A stretch of DNA of 64,000 bases from Acutalibacteraceae bacterium (GCA_963659365.1 CAVKTI010000004.1:9776-73775), one strand, 5' to 3'; positions 8,391 to 18,309 are shown, numbered from the stretch's first letter. The notes: generated from the sequence alone by a model not told the origin. Translations and numbers: made by a program.

Positions 8391-9923
8391 TCAATCCCAG
8401 CCGTCGAAAATGTGGTAATCGTACACATTGTCCTCGTTGGCATCGTGCAGCGGCGACCAGATTTGCGCAAAAAATGGGTTGCGTTTCGCCTCTTTGTCCC
8501 ACTGCCACGGACGCGGATTCGGCACATCGTTGTACGGATTTGGGAAGCAGTCGGGGCACCAATGGCCGCCCAACAAAATCAGTCGCGGCGAGGCTTCGAA
8601 GTGGTGTCCTTCGGCGCATTGCCACTCGAGCGGCGTGTCCCAATCGCCTGTTGTCATCGTTTGGCTCAAACAGCGGCCGCCACGAAATTCGGCAGCGCGG
8701 CGCATATCGTCGATGGTAAATTCGGCCATCGGTTTCTGCTCGTCGTAGCCGTGGTCGAGCAGCACCGCTTTTTCGGAATTGTGCGAAAGGTCGGTGTGTT
8801 TCCAATCGGGAATGGCGCGATATTTCTCCAGCGAACCGTAGTAAGCGGCTATGCGCTGCGTGTTGTGCTCTTTTATCCAAGTCTGCGTGCCGTGAACGGC
8901 CTTGTGCGCCATGGCACGCATGGCGAGTTTCACAATGTGCGGCACAAGTTTTGCCGCTTTGGTGATACGCGCAATTTTGATGCCGCTGGGCAAACTGTCC
9001 GATTGCGCCATCTGCGCGAAATAGTCTTTCGCAGGAATGTTCGCGCGGAAATGCAGATAGTCGTCGAGCCGATCGCCATCGAGATACCACATGCCGTGGA
9101 AATTGCGTGTGGTGAACCATCGGGCTTCGAAAATTTTTTCGGGGCGTGGGCAGCCAATCGCATCGAGCAGCAGGCACTCAAATTCGTAGTTCGACAGGCG
9201 ATATTCTGCGCCAGAACCGATGTTGTAGTAGCGATTCCAAAACTCGGGCGGCACTTCGGGACGGCAAACGCGCTCGAGCAGACGCCCCGAATCCTCCACC
9301 GTTGCCCATTCGAGTACGCCGCGAATCGGCACATGAAACATTATCGGGTCGTAGTTTTTTAAGATTGCGGGATAGAGAATGCCCGACTGCCGCAGACTGA
9401 CCCAAGTTTTGATGCCCGAATCGGTCAAAATGCGCTCCGCCACCGCTTTTGTCAGGCCGTAGTGGTCGTAGGCCGACACGCAAATAGGGTCGCCAGCGCG
9501 CCCCCAGTGCAGCGGTTCGCGACGGTCGCCCATCTGCGCCACCGACCCGATGTAAACCACTTTCGGTTGGCGGTCGCCTTGCGCCAAAACGGCGTTTTTC
9601 ACATTTTCGGCCGCAGCAAGGTTCACACGGCGTGTGGCGTGCGGTTTGTAGTCGGCTTGCGGCGACACCATACCGCCCACATGCAGCACAATGTCCGCAC
9701 CCGAAACGCCGCGCAACACATCGTCGTAGCGTGTCAAATCGCCCCAAATGATGTCGATTTTTTCGGTGTAGGCAGCCAATTTCTGCTTGTTTTTCGCACT
9801 TGGACGCGCCAAAATGCGCACACGGTAGTTGTCGGGATATTTGAGCAACTCTTGCAGGCCGGCCCAGCCCATTGTGCCAGTAGCGCCCGTCAAAAAGACA
9901 ACTCGTTTTCTATTTTCGCCCAT
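8391..9923 (-). CDS. NAD(P)-dependent epimerase/dehydratase-family (extended SDR) protein with a C-terminal extension
   Basis: 510 aa with a Rossmann motif (FLTGATGTMGWAG) and a YGLTK (YxxxK) motif. The many overlapping ORFs in other frames are GC-rich shadows. Confidence 0.8.
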   Translation of the reverse strand: MGENRKRVVFLTGATGTMGWAGLQELLKYPDNYRVRILARPSAKNKQKLAAYTEKIDIIWGDLTRYDDVLRGVSGADIVLHVGGMVSPQADYKPHATRRVNLAAAENVKNAVLAQGDRQPKVVYIGSVAQMGDRREPLHWGRAGDPICVSAYDHYGLTKAVAERILTDSGIKTWVSLRQSGILYPAILKNYDPIMFHVPIRGVLEWATVEDSGRLLERVCRPEVPPEFWNRYYNIGSGAEYRLSNYEFECLLLDAIGCPRPEKIFEARWFTTRNFHGMWYLDGDRLDDYLHFRANIPAKDYFAQMAQSDSLPSGIKIARITKAAKLVPHIVKLAMRAMAHKAVHGTQTWIKEHNTQRIAAYYGSLEKYRAIPDWKHTDLSHNSEKAVLLDHGYDEQKPMAEFTIDDMRRAAEFRGGRCLSQTMTTGDWDTPLEWQCAEGHHFEASPRLILLGGHWCPDCFPNPYNDVPNPRPWQWDKEAKRNPFFAQIWSPLHDANEDNVYDYHIFDGWD

Positions 9924-9948
9924 AAAAATTCGATTACTATCAAAAAAG

Positions 9949-9956
9949 CAAAGGTA
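9949..9956 (-). promoter_or_regulatory. Candidate -7 box (TACCTTTG)
   Basis: caaaggta on the + strand, 26 nt upstream of the ATG at 9923. Confidence 0.45.
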
Positions 9957-10177
9957 AGCATTTTTGTCAGACGCACCAAATCGCTATTTTGGGGGTTGCG
10001 TGGGGCGGGGGAATTTGAGAAACTAATAGTGCGTCCCTACTTTTTACTTTACGAACTTTCAACTTTCTCACTCAAAAAACACGCGCAATGGTCTTAAAAA
10101 ATGTTATTTTAAGTTATTTTTGTGTTAAAAAACACACTTTTCGCACAAAAGAGCGTTGTTATTTGAGATAGATGTGT

Positions 10178-10185
10178 TAGTTTTG
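10178..10185 (+). promoter_or_regulatory. Candidate -7 box (TAGTTTTG)
   Basis: Matches TAnnTTTG and sits 18 nt upstream of the histidine kinase ATG at 10203. Confidence 0.4.
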
Positions 10186-10202
10186 TGGCGCGATAATCGA
10201 CG

Positions 10203-11564
10203 ATGAGAAAAAAATCGCTTTGGATATTGATAACACTGATGCTCCTCTCGTATGTGGGGCTGGTGGGCTTGCAGATACACATCTTCGGCGACCTGATGGA
10301 TGCCGCTGCCGAGCGTTTCGACGAGAATGTGCAGCGCAGCCTCTATCGGGTAGTGCGCTTGGTCGATAAGAAAGAGGTGCGCCAATACTTGAACGAATTT
10401 CTCGCCACCGAAAACGGCCAAAATGGCGATTCTGCCACTTTGTCGAACGGCGACTACACCTACTCGATTGCGCCGTCGGAGATAGTGAACGAGGTGCTGG
10501 CACGCCTGCTGCGCGATGCACACCGCCGCCCCATCGACCAGCGCGTCGATTTCGAGGGGCTGGACGCAATGCTTTGCTACGAATTTACCAAAAACGGCAT
10601 CGATTTGCCCTACGATTACGCCGTGGTCGATGCGCAGGGAAGGGCAGTGTACAAGAGCCGCCACGAGTTGAACGCAGCAGACGCACGCTACCGCCAGCAA
10701 CTTTTCCCCGTCGAAAACGATGGCGACGCCTATTTTCTCTGTGTGCAATTTTCGCACCCCGACGAGCATGCACGCCACCTGCTGGGAATTTTATGCCCGC
10801 TGATTATACTGATGGTGCTCATCACCATGACTTTTGCGTTCATTCTTTGGTACATATTCAGCCAACGCCGCATGAACGAGATAAAAAACAGTTTTGTGAA
10901 CAACATGACCCACGAACTGAAAACGCCCATTTCGTCCATCTCGTTGGCGGTGCAGATGCTCAACGACCCATCGATAAAGGACAATGCCACGATTCTGTCG
11001 CATGTGTCGAATGTTATCGGCGACGAGACCAAACGCCTCAGTTTCCTTGTCGATCGTGTGCTGCAAATGTCGATGTTCGAGCAGGGCAAAGCGGTGATGG
11101 ACCTCAAGGCGGTAGATGTGCACGAACTGCTGCAAAACATTGCCGACAATTTTGTGTTCAAAGTCGATCGAATGCATGGGCGCATCAACACGCAACTGAA
11201 GGCGCAAGAGACGGTGGTTTTGGTCGACGAAATGCACTTGACGAATGTCTTCTACAACCTGATGGACAACGCCGTGAAGTACCGCAAACACGACTTGATG
11301 CTGACGGTCGCCACACGCAACACCGACGATGGGCGGCTGCTCATCGTTATCGAAGACAACGGTATCGGCATTGCCAAAGAGCATTTGCGCCACATTTTCG
11401 ACCAGTTTTACCGCGTGCCTACGGGCAATTTGCACAATGTGAAAGGCTTCGGGCTGGGGCTGGCCTATGTGGCACGCGTGGTGAATATGCACAACGGCTC
11501 CATTCGCGCCGAAAGCGAACTCGGCATTGGCACAAAATTCACTATCGAACTGCCAACCGTCTGA
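10203..11564 (+). CDS. Sensor histidine kinase
   Basis: 453 aa with two TM segments. It has an H-box MTHELKTPISSI, a G1 box DNGIGI and a G2 box GFGLGLA. Confidence 0.9.
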   Translation: MRKKSLWILITLMLLSYVGLVGLQIHIFGDLMDAAAERFDENVQRSLYRVVRLVDKKEVRQYLNEFLATENGQNGDSATLSNGDYTYSIAPSEIVNEVLARLLRDAHRRPIDQRVDFEGLDAMLCYEFTKNGIDLPYDYAVVDAQGRAVYKSRHELNAADARYRQQLFPVENDGDAYFLCVQFSHPDEHARHLLGILCPLIILMVLITMTFAFILWYIFSQRRMNEIKNSFVNNMTHELKTPISSISLAVQMLNDPSIKDNATILSHVSNVIGDETKRLSFLVDRVLQMSMFEQGKAVMDLKAVDVHELLQNIADNFVFKVDRMHGRINTQLKAQETVVLVDEMHLTNVFYNLMDNAVKYRKHDLMLTVATRNTDDGRLLIVIEDNGIGIAKEHLRHIFDQFYRVPTGNLHNVKGFGLGLAYVARVVNMHNGSIRAESELGIGTKFTIELPTV

Positions 11565-11613
11565 AAATCAGAATAAAACAAAACCTATTTTTTTTCATAA
11601 AAACATTACGATT

Positions 11614-12321
11614 ATGACATTAGCAAAAATTCTATTGTGCGAGGACGACGAAAATCTCGGTATGTTGCTTCGCGAATATCTGCAAACAAAGGGATACGAT
11701 GTAGATTTGATGTCCGACGGCGAAGAGGGCTTGGCGGCGTTTATGGAAAACAGTTACGACCTCTGCCTGTTAGATGTGATGATGCCGCAAAAAGACGGTT
11801 TTGCGCTGGCGCAGGAGATTCGCCGCATCGACAGCCGTATGCCAATCATTTTTTTGAGTGCCAAAACGCTGAAAGAAGATGTGCTGGCGGGCTTTCGCAT
11901 CGGTGCCGACGACTACATCACCAAACCGTTTAGTATGGAGGAGTTGCTCTTCCGCATCGAGGCCATATTGCGCCGCCTAAACAGCCACAAAAACAGAGCG
12001 GGACAAACCTACTTGCTCGGTCGCCTCTTGTTCGACACGCAGAAGCAGCAACTGACCATCGACGACAAGGTGATTCGCCTCACCACTAAAGAGTCGGAAC
12101 TGCTGACGCTTTTGGCCGAATGTATGAACAGTGTGTTGGAGCGCGGCTTTGCGCTGAAATCGATTTGGTTGGAAGACAACTATTTCAATGCCCGCAGTAT
12201 GGATGTTTACATCACCAAACTGCGCCGCAAACTGTGCGACGACCCCAATGTGCAAATTCTGAATGTACACGGTCGCGGCTACAAACTCGTCGCCCCCGAA
12301 ACAGAGGCAGGAAACAATTGA
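11614..12321 (+). CDS. OmpR/PhoB-family response regulator
   Basis: 235 aa counted from MTLAKILLCEDDE. It has a receiver domain (LLDVMMP) and a winged-helix C-terminus (LTTKESELLTLL, HGRGYKL). The ORF-track start at 11527 overlaps the kinase gene. Confidence 0.9.
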   Translation: MTLAKILLCEDDENLGMLLREYLQTKGYDVDLMSDGEEGLAAFMENSYDLCLLDVMMPQKDGFALAQEIRRIDSRMPIIFLSAKTLKEDVLAGFRIGADDYITKPFSMEELLFRIEAILRRLNSHKNRAGQTYLLGRLLFDTQKQQLTIDDKVIRLTTKESELLTLLAECMNSVLERGFALKSIWLEDNYFNARSMDVYITKLRRKLCDDPNVQILNVHGRGYKLVAPETEAGNN

Positions 12322-12590
12322 TAATTGACAATTGACAATGCAGAGCCGTCACAGTGTGGCGGCTCTACTGTTTTTGTTGGACATCGCCCCCTTTTCCGTT
12401 TTCCCCGAAGGGGAAAAGCCTTCGTTTAATTAAGAGTTATGAATTTAGAATTATGAATTTTTGTGTCCACCACCACCCAATTTGATTGAATAATTGGAAA
12501 TTAAGGAATTGGGTAATTAAAAAGTCTATGCTCTATCTTCTATGTTCTAAAAATCTATTCTTGCTACTTGCTACTCACATCTTGCGACTG
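12322..12590. repeat. Composite intergenic repeat cluster
   Basis: Contains (ATTGACA)n, hairpin AGAGCCGTCACAGTGTGGCGGCTCT, the small hairpin ttccccgaaggggaa, aatttagaattatgaatt, the AT-rich block, ctatgctctatcttctatgttctaaaaat and (CTTGCTA)2. Confidence 0.85.
12343..12378 (+). terminator. Rho-independent terminator after the response regulator
   Basis: AGAGCCG...CGGCTCT stem followed by actgtttttgtt, 22 nt after the stop. Confidence 0.6.
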
Positions 12591-12682
12591 AAAAAAACTT
12601 CCGTTTGTCGCACAAAGTGTGTTTTTTGTCGAAAAAAGTGTTAAAAATTTGAAAAAGATATTGTCGGTTCAATAAAAGTTTG

Positions 12683-12690
12683 TAACTTTG
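12683..12690 (+). promoter_or_regulatory. Candidate -7 box (TAACTTTG)
   Basis: Matches TAnnTTTG and sits 45 nt upstream of the ATG at 12735. Confidence 0.45.
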
Positions 12691-12734
12691 CAGTCGAAAA
12701 CAAAATAATTTTTCACAAAAAGGCTTACAAAAAG

Positions 12735-13814
12735 ATGAAAAAGTTAGTTTACACACTCACTATGGTAGTCGCTATTGCTTGCATGGCCACCTCGTGCGAC
12801 AAGGACAAGGACAATAACGATCCGAAAGATACGACAAAAAACGACTCGATTCCTGTTGATTCTACTGTAACGCCTGCCGAAGCAATCGAATTTGCTGAAG
12901 GTTATGTTTCGTTCTACGGCACGCAATACTCGGAAACCAATAATCATATGTTGGTACTCTATACCGACATGACCATGGACGACGATGGTTATTTCAACTC
13001 GAAAGGCTATGCACTGCAACTCGACCTCTACACAACCGACGAGGAGTTGGTGGCTGGCAAATATACATTGAGCGACGACGAGGCATATCCCGCTGGCACA
13101 TTCAGTGCCGAGTATAGTGCTTGGGTCGATGTTGATGATGCTGGCGAACAGACCGATTACGGCATTCAGGCAGGCACAGTGAATATCGCTCTCGCTGGCG
13201 ACATCTACACCATCGACATTAATTTGACCGATTCGCTTGGCAACGAACGCGTGGCGCACTATGAGGGTGCATTGGAGATTTACGACGAACGCGAAAATCC
13301 GTATGACTACGAACCGACAACACCTACAACCATAACCGTAAATGCTCCTGCCGATTCTATCGAAGCCACTAATTACGGCGACTACTACGACAATGGCACT
13401 GATAATCTTGTTCTCGACATTTGGGACGATAATACCACGGTTTCGTTGAGCCTCTATGTAGCAAATGGTGCTACTGCGCTGCCCGTGGGCGAATACAAAT
13501 TTGCCAACGACTATTCGGAAATGAGCCTCGAAGCAGGTTCGCTGTATTGGGGTATGTTCATAGTCGGCAGTTATGCCGCCACCGAAGAGGACTACTACTG
13601 GCTGAACGACGGCACGCTGACGGTGAGCGAAGCAGATGGTGTTTATACCATTGTGGGTACGCTGAAATCGTACTACGGCAGCGAAATCAGTGTCAATTAC
13701 AAAGGTGCAGTTACGCTCGAAGTGTATGACGATGCCGACGAAGCACCAGCCGCCAAAGCAAAGGCTCTGCGCCACACGCAAAACGCAAAACGCATAATCA
13801 AAGCCCACAAATAA
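12735..13814 (+). CDS. Hypothetical lipoprotein
   Basis: 359 aa with lipobox MATS-C and an acidic D/E/Y/T-rich mature part. The 354-aa antisense ORF is a shadow. Confidence 0.7.
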   Translation: MKKLVYTLTMVVAIACMATSCDKDKDNNDPKDTTKNDSIPVDSTVTPAEAIEFAEGYVSFYGTQYSETNNHMLVLYTDMTMDDDGYFNSKGYALQLDLYTTDEELVAGKYTLSDDEAYPAGTFSAEYSAWVDVDDAGEQTDYGIQAGTVNIALAGDIYTIDINLTDSLGNERVAHYEGALEIYDERENPYDYEPTTPTTITVNAPADSIEATNYGDYYDNGTDNLVLDIWDDNTTVSLSLYVANGATALPVGEYKFANDYSEMSLEAGSLYWGMFIVGSYAATEEDYYWLNDGTLTVSEADGVYTIVGTLKSYYGSEISVNYKGAVTLEVYDDADEAPAAKAKALRHTQNAKRIIKAHK

Positions 13815-13840
13815 AAGTTTTCTTCATAATGTAATGGGGC

Positions 13841-13876
13841 GGCTCGGGAGAATTTTTTCTCTCGAGTCGTTTTTTG
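13841..13876 (+). terminator. Rho-independent terminator
   Basis: 9-bp stem CTCGGGAGA/TCTCTCGAG (one G-U pair) followed by tcgttttttg. Confidence 0.65.
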
Positions 13877-13900
13877 TGCATACCGTATGCAGAAAATTGG

Positions 13901-13908
13901 TAACTTTG
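13901..13908 (+). promoter_or_regulatory. Candidate -7 box (TAACTTTG)
   Basis: Lies inside the longer ORF-track version (13887) and 33 nt upstream of the internal ATG at 13941. This supports the shorter start. Confidence 0.45.
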
Positions 13909-13940
13909 TATTCGGGAATCCCCTTTATCGAATTTATTTT

Positions 13941-14780
13941 ATGATTCTACTTGCAGACAGCGGCTCGACCAAAACGACATGGGCACTTTGCCACCAAGGG
14001 CAGGTGGTTGCCACACACACCACCGTGGGGCTCAATCCGTTTCACCAAAGCGTGAGCGACATCAGCAACACAGTTGCCGCCCTGCCCGAAACCATGCGCC
14101 ACGCCAACTGCGTGCGGTTCTATGGCGCAGGTTGCACGCAAGAGAAAAAAGAGTGCGTTGCCAGTGCGCTACGCACCGTGTTTGCGCACGCCGACATCGG
14201 TGTAGAGTCGGACATGCTGGGAGCGGCGCACGCTCTGCTGCAACACGAGCGCGGCATCGCCTGCATACTTGGCACGGGCGCCAACTCGTGCCTCTACGAC
14301 GGTGTGCAGATAGTGCAGAATGTCCCGCCGCTCGGCTACATTTTGGGCGATGAGGGCAGCGGCGCAGTCATCGGAAAGCGTTTTGTGGGCGACTGCCTGA
14401 AAAACCAAACACCCGCTGCGCTGAAGCAACTTTTTCTCGATACCTACGCCACATCGGCCGCCGACATTGTGGAGCATGTTTATAGGCGGCCGCAAGCCAA
14501 CCGCTATCTGGCGCAGTTTGCACCGTTCCTATCGGCCAATATCGACCGCTACGACTACATTCGCACGCTGGTGTCGGACTGTTTCCGCGACTTTTTTGTG
14601 CGCAATGTGCTGCAATACGACGGTGCACACACGCTACCAATCGCCTTTATCGGGTCGGTGGCGTACCACTTTGCCGCTCCCCTGCGCACAACAGCGCAAG
14701 CACTTGGCTTGCACATATCGAAAATAGAGCAGTCGCCCATCGCAGGGCTGGCGGAATTTTATATTGATAGTGAGGAGTGA
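13941..14780 (+). CDS. BadF/BadG/BcrA/BcrD-type ATPase (N-acetylglucosamine kinase-like)
   Basis: 279 aa counted from MILLADSGSTKTTW (ASKHA phosphate-1 motif). It also has ILGTGANS and ILGDEGSG motifs. Confidence 0.8.
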   Translation: MILLADSGSTKTTWALCHQGQVVATHTTVGLNPFHQSVSDISNTVAALPETMRHANCVRFYGAGCTQEKKECVASALRTVFAHADIGVESDMLGAAHALLQHERGIACILGTGANSCLYDGVQIVQNVPPLGYILGDEGSGAVIGKRFVGDCLKNQTPAALKQLFLDTYATSAADIVEHVYRRPQANRYLAQFAPFLSANIDRYDYIRTLVSDCFRDFFVRNVLQYDGAHTLPIAFIGSVAYHFAAPLRTTAQALGLHISKIEQSPIAGLAEFYIDSEE

Positions 14781-14988
14781 TGCGGCAGAGCCGCAATTTC
14801 AGAATTCAAATTGTTTCTCAAAATTGCTGCCGCAATTTTTGTTTCTAGTTTCTTGCGCTTCGCGCTGTTTCTATGTTTCAGGTTTCAAGTTTCAGATTGT
14901 CGGATTAACCAAATAAGCAAATCCGCAAATAACCAAATAAACAGTTCAATAGTTCAACGCTTCAACAAAATATAAACCTTCTTTCTGC
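14781..14988. repeat. Composite intergenic repeat cluster
   Basis: Contains hairpin GCGGCAGAGCCGC followed by aatttcagaattcaaatt, aaaattgctgccgcaattttt, gtttctagtttcttgcgcttcgcgctgtttctatgtttc, aaccaaataagcaaatccgcaaataacc and agttcaacgcttcaac. Confidence 0.85.
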
Positions 14989-15735
14989 TTAAAAATTCTC
15001 GATGCTGATTTGTTCGCCATCGAAAACGGCATACGAAAATTCGCGCATGAAGTCGCCGATAATCAGCATTTGGCTGCGGCTTGGCAGCATCAGATTCAGC
15101 ACGATGTGGCGGTGGCCAAAGATGTAGTAGTCGATGTCGGGGTGCTGCGTGGCGTGTTGCTTGGCAAAAAGTACGAGCGGCTCGCGGTCTTCGCCAAGGT
15201 AGCCCACAGCGTTGCGTTCGTGTTTGCGGCGGTTGCTCTCGCTCCAACGCTGGCCGAAAGTCATGCCTGCATTGACGGGAATGAGATTGCGAAACGCCCA
15301 TTGGCAGGCGCGACTGTGAAAAATGCGGCGTATGAGCGAAAATTTGCGGTTTCGGTCGCCCAATCCATCGCCGTGCGCAAGGAAAAACTGCCGTCCTTCG
15401 AGCGTGAATAGTTGCGGCTCGCGGTGTACGATGAGCCCAACCTCTTGCTCCAAATACCCGAAAGTCCACATATCGTGATTGCCTGCGAAAAAATGCACTG
15501 GCACGCCCGATTCGGCTATTTCACGCAGTTTGCCCAATAGCCGCGTGAAACCTTTTGGCACAACGGTGCGGTATTCGAACCAAAAGTCGAAAATATCGCC
15601 CAAAAGGAAGATGGCGGCGGCATCGGTTTTGGCCATGTCGAGCCAATCGACCAAGCGTTGCTCGTGTGCGTGCTGGTCGGCCATGACGCGCGAACCAAGG
15701 TGCGCATCCGACAGAAAATAGTATTTTGCGCTCAT
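14989..15735 (-). CDS. lpxH: UDP-2,3-diacylglucosamine diphosphatase
   Basis: 248 aa with metallophosphoesterase motifs FLSDAHLG, LLGDIFDFWFEY and AGNHD. Confidence 0.9.
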   Translation of the reverse strand: MSAKYYFLSDAHLGSRVMADQHAHEQRLVDWLDMAKTDAAAIFLLGDIFDFWFEYRTVVPKGFTRLLGKLREIAESGVPVHFFAGNHDMWTFGYLEQEVGLIVHREPQLFTLEGRQFFLAHGDGLGDRNRKFSLIRRIFHSRACQWAFRNLIPVNAGMTFGQRWSESNRRKHERNAVGYLGEDREPLVLFAKQHATQHPDIDYYIFGHRHIVLNLMLPSRSQMLIIGDFMREFSYAVFDGEQISIENF

Positions 15736-16040
15736 AGAAATCAGTGTGAAAGTTTATAAAGTTTGTAAAGTGGAAAGTGTATAAAGTGAAAAGTGATTTC
15801 TAGTTTCTCGCGCTGCGCGCTGTTTCTAAGTTTCTAAGTTTTTGGTCGGACGGTGATTTTTCAAATCATCAATTCAACCATCAACGAAAAAACAATGCTT
15901 ATAGCGCGCAACACTATTTTTTAGTTTACTCCAAGTAGATTATAGCATCTGCAAAGATACAAAATTAGTTTGATTGAAAGTGTAAAAGTTGAATCTGCCG
16001 TCCACTTTATACACTTTCGCACTTTCATACTTTCGCACTA
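15736..16040. repeat. Composite intergenic repeat cluster (partly degenerate)
   Basis: Contains gtgaaagtttataaagtttgtaaagtggaaagtgtataaagtg, gtttctcgcgctgcgcgctgtttctaagtttctaagttt and actttatacactttcgcactttcatactttcgcact. Confidence 0.7.
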
Positions 16041-16046
16041 AATTTG

Positions 16047-16054
16047 TATCTTTG
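16047..16054 (+). promoter_or_regulatory. Candidate -7 box (TATCTTTG) only 8 nt from the vanZ-like ATG
   Basis: Matches TAnnTTTG at 16047-16054, with the ATG at 16063. An identical box on the opposite strand lies at 15952-15959. Confidence 0.4.
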
Positions 16055-16062
16055 CAAGTGAT

Positions 16063-16431
16063 ATGTGCCGCTTTTTTGTTGCGTATTGGAAAACATTGTT
16101 GTGTGCGGCGGGCATCGCTGTTTTGTCGCTGGTGTCGTTTTCGGTGTTTGCAGTGCCTGCTGTGTCGCTCGTGCCGTATGCCGATAAATGGGTGCATGCG
16201 CTGATGTATGCCGCATTGGCGGTGGTGGCGTTTGCCGATTGTCGGTCGCAAGGATTGTCGCGAGGCGCATGGGCGTTTTTGCTGCTGCTGCCACCGATTT
16301 ACGGCGGCGCGCTGGAACTGTTGCAAGAGTTTTGCACCGCCACGCGCTCGGGCGATTGGCTCGATCTGCTGGCCGATACCATTGGCGGTTGGCTGGCGTT
16401 GGCGGTTTGTGCATTGAGTGCTAAAAATTAA
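16063..16431 (+). CDS. VanZ-like family membrane protein
   Basis: 122 aa with 4 TM segments. It has the motif pattern DKWVHALMY ... GGALELLQEF ... RSGDWLDLLADTIGG. Confidence 0.75.
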   Translation: MCRFFVAYWKTLLCAAGIAVLSLVSFSVFAVPAVSLVPYADKWVHALMYAALAVVAFADCRSQGLSRGAWAFLLLLPPIYGGALELLQEFCTATRSGDWLDLLADTIGGWLALAVCALSAKN

Positions 16432-16436
16432 GAAGC

Positions 16437-17546
16437 GTGAACGATAAACTGAAATACGAGATTGCGCTGACGCTGATAAATGGCGTTGGTCCTGCCAATG
16501 GGCGCAAATTGCTGGCGCATTTTGGCGATGTGGAAACCATTTTCCGCCAAAGTCCCGAATCGCTGCGCAAAATTCCGAATATCGGCGACGCATTGGCCGA
16601 GGCGGTTGGCTCGTCGCAGGTGCTTGCGCGCGCCGAACGCGAGATAGAATTTGTAACGCGCTACGGCATTCAGACGCATTTTTTCACCGACAGCACCTTC
16701 CCGCGCCGCCTCAAAGAGTGCGAAGATGCGCCGCTGTTGCTCTACACCAAAGGTTGCTCCGATTTCAATGCTGGCCGCTATCTGGCGGTGGTCGGCACAC
16801 GCAAAATAACGCCTCAAGGCAAAGACATTTGTCGCGCGCTGGTGAGCGATTTGGCCAAAACGCAGCCCAATCTGACCATCGTCAGCGGACTGGCCTACGG
16901 CGTTGATGTAACGGCCCACAAAGCCGCGCTCGATGGCGGTTTGCGCACATTCGGCGTGGTGGCGCACGGTTTGGATCAGATTTATCCATCGGCACATCGT
17001 GCCACCGCACAAAAAATGATTGAGGAGGGCGGCGCTATCATCACCGAATTTCCGACCGAAACGCAGCCGCTTGCCGCCAATTTTGTGCAGCGCAACCGCA
17101 TTGTGGCTGGCTTGTGCGATGCCGTGTTGGTGGTGGAATCGGCGTTGAAAGGCGGTTCGCTCATCACGGCCGAGATGGCCAACGACTACAGCCGCGATGT
17201 GTTTGCCATTCCCGGGCGACCGACCGATGTGCAGTCGCAAGGGTGTAACAATCTGATTTACAACAATCAAGCGGTGCTTATTCAGACGGCTGCCGACTTA
17301 GAAAAATTTATGTGTTGGGACAGCAATGCGCTGCCGCGCGACCGCCAGCAGGCACTTTTCGAGGCACTCACGCCCGACGAACAGGTCATTGTCGATGTGT
17401 TGCAAGGTGCCGATGCGGTCTATATCAACCATCTGTCGATGCAGAGCGGCATTCCGCTGCAAAAACTGCTTGCGCTGTTGGTGCAGATGGAGTTCAAAGG
17501 GCTGGTGCGTGCGCTGCCGGGCAGTCAGTACAAAATGGTAAATTGA
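16437..17546 (+). CDS. dprA: DNA-processing protein DprA
   Basis: 369 aa with a GTG start. The N-terminus has IALTLINGVGPANGRKLL and the Rossmann-like core has GLAYGVDVTAHKAAL. Confidence 0.9.
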   Translation: MNDKLKYEIALTLINGVGPANGRKLLAHFGDVETIFRQSPESLRKIPNIGDALAEAVGSSQVLARAEREIEFVTRYGIQTHFFTDSTFPRRLKECEDAPLLLYTKGCSDFNAGRYLAVVGTRKITPQGKDICRALVSDLAKTQPNLTIVSGLAYGVDVTAHKAALDGGLRTFGVVAHGLDQIYPSAHRATAQKMIEEGGAIITEFPTETQPLAANFVQRNRIVAGLCDAVLVVESALKGGSLITAEMANDYSRDVFAIPGRPTDVQSQGCNNLIYNNQAVLIQTAADLEKFMCWDSNALPRDRQQALFEALTPDEQVIVDVLQGADAVYINHLSMQSGIPLQKLLALLVQMEFKGLVRALPGSQYKMVN

Positions 17547-17549
17547 GCG

Positions 17550-18266
17550 ATGGTAAAGACGCAAGCCATTGTGTTACAAGCATTTCGCTACGGCGAAAGC
17601 AGCCACATTGTGCGCCTTTTCACGCGAAGTCACGGCGTGCTGTCCTGCTTGGTGAAAGGGCAGGGGCGTCGTTCGCCGCTTTCAACTGTGCTGATGCAGC
17701 CGCTGTCGCTTATCGACGCGCTCGTTGATGTTCGTCCCAATCGCCAATTCCAATTTTTGCGCGAATGTACGCCCGATGTGCTGTTGCAAAGCGTTCCCGC
17801 CGACCCAGCCAAAAACGGCGTGGCATTCTTTTTGTGCGAATTTCTCTACCGCGCGCTGTGCCAATCGCCTGTCGATGAGCAACTGTTCGATTTTGTGCGC
17901 CGTTCGGTCATCGTTTTCGACGAAACGGAGCGTGGTTCTGCCAATTTTCACCTTGTTTTTCTGATAAAACTGACGCATGCGCTCGGTCTTTTCCCCAATT
18001 TGAGCGACTATCGCGCTGGCGCATTTTTCGACATGGCAGGCAGCCTTTTTGTCGATCGGCGGCTCGATGCCAACACGCTCGATGCGCAGCAAACCGAGGC
18101 TTTCGTGCAATTGATGCGCATGGATTATGCCAATATGCACCTTTTTGCGCTTTCGCGAGCGCAGCGCAACGACATTTTGGAGCATATTCTCACCTACTAT
18201 CGCCTGCATCTGCCCGAACTTGGCACGCTGAAATCGCTCGATGTGCTGCGCCAACTCTATGCGTAG
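17550..18266 (+). CDS. recO: DNA repair protein RecO
   Basis: 238 aa. The N-terminus (QAIVLQAFRYGESSHIVRLFT) is OB-fold-like, and the gene is tightly coupled to dprA. Confidence 0.85.
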   Translation: MVKTQAIVLQAFRYGESSHIVRLFTRSHGVLSCLVKGQGRRSPLSTVLMQPLSLIDALVDVRPNRQFQFLRECTPDVLLQSVPADPAKNGVAFFLCEFLYRALCQSPVDEQLFDFVRRSVIVFDETERGSANFHLVFLIKLTHALGLFPNLSDYRAGAFFDMAGSLFVDRRLDANTLDAQQTEAFVQLMRMDYANMHLFALSRAQRNDILEHILTYYRLHLPELGTLKSLDVLRQLYA

Positions 18267-18291
18267 ATTTGCGCGAACGCCAAAAAATCGC

Positions 18292-18299
18292 TACCTTTG
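18292..18299 (+). promoter_or_regulatory. Candidate -7 box (TACCTTTG) for the tRNA
   Basis: Matches TAnnTTTG and ends 11 nt before the tRNA 5' end. Confidence 0.5.
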
Positions 18300-18309
18300 C
18301 GCCACTTTT

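Noticed and set aside
8359-11617. Overlapping alternate-frame and antisense ORFs in GC-rich housekeeping genes. Examples are 8359-9177, 8412-9362, 9178-9747, 10125-10778, 10574-11617 and 10791-11492.
   Set aside because: Their products are Arg/Ala/His-rich low-information sequences. Each is fully embedded in a gene with clear family motifs (SDR, histidine kinase).
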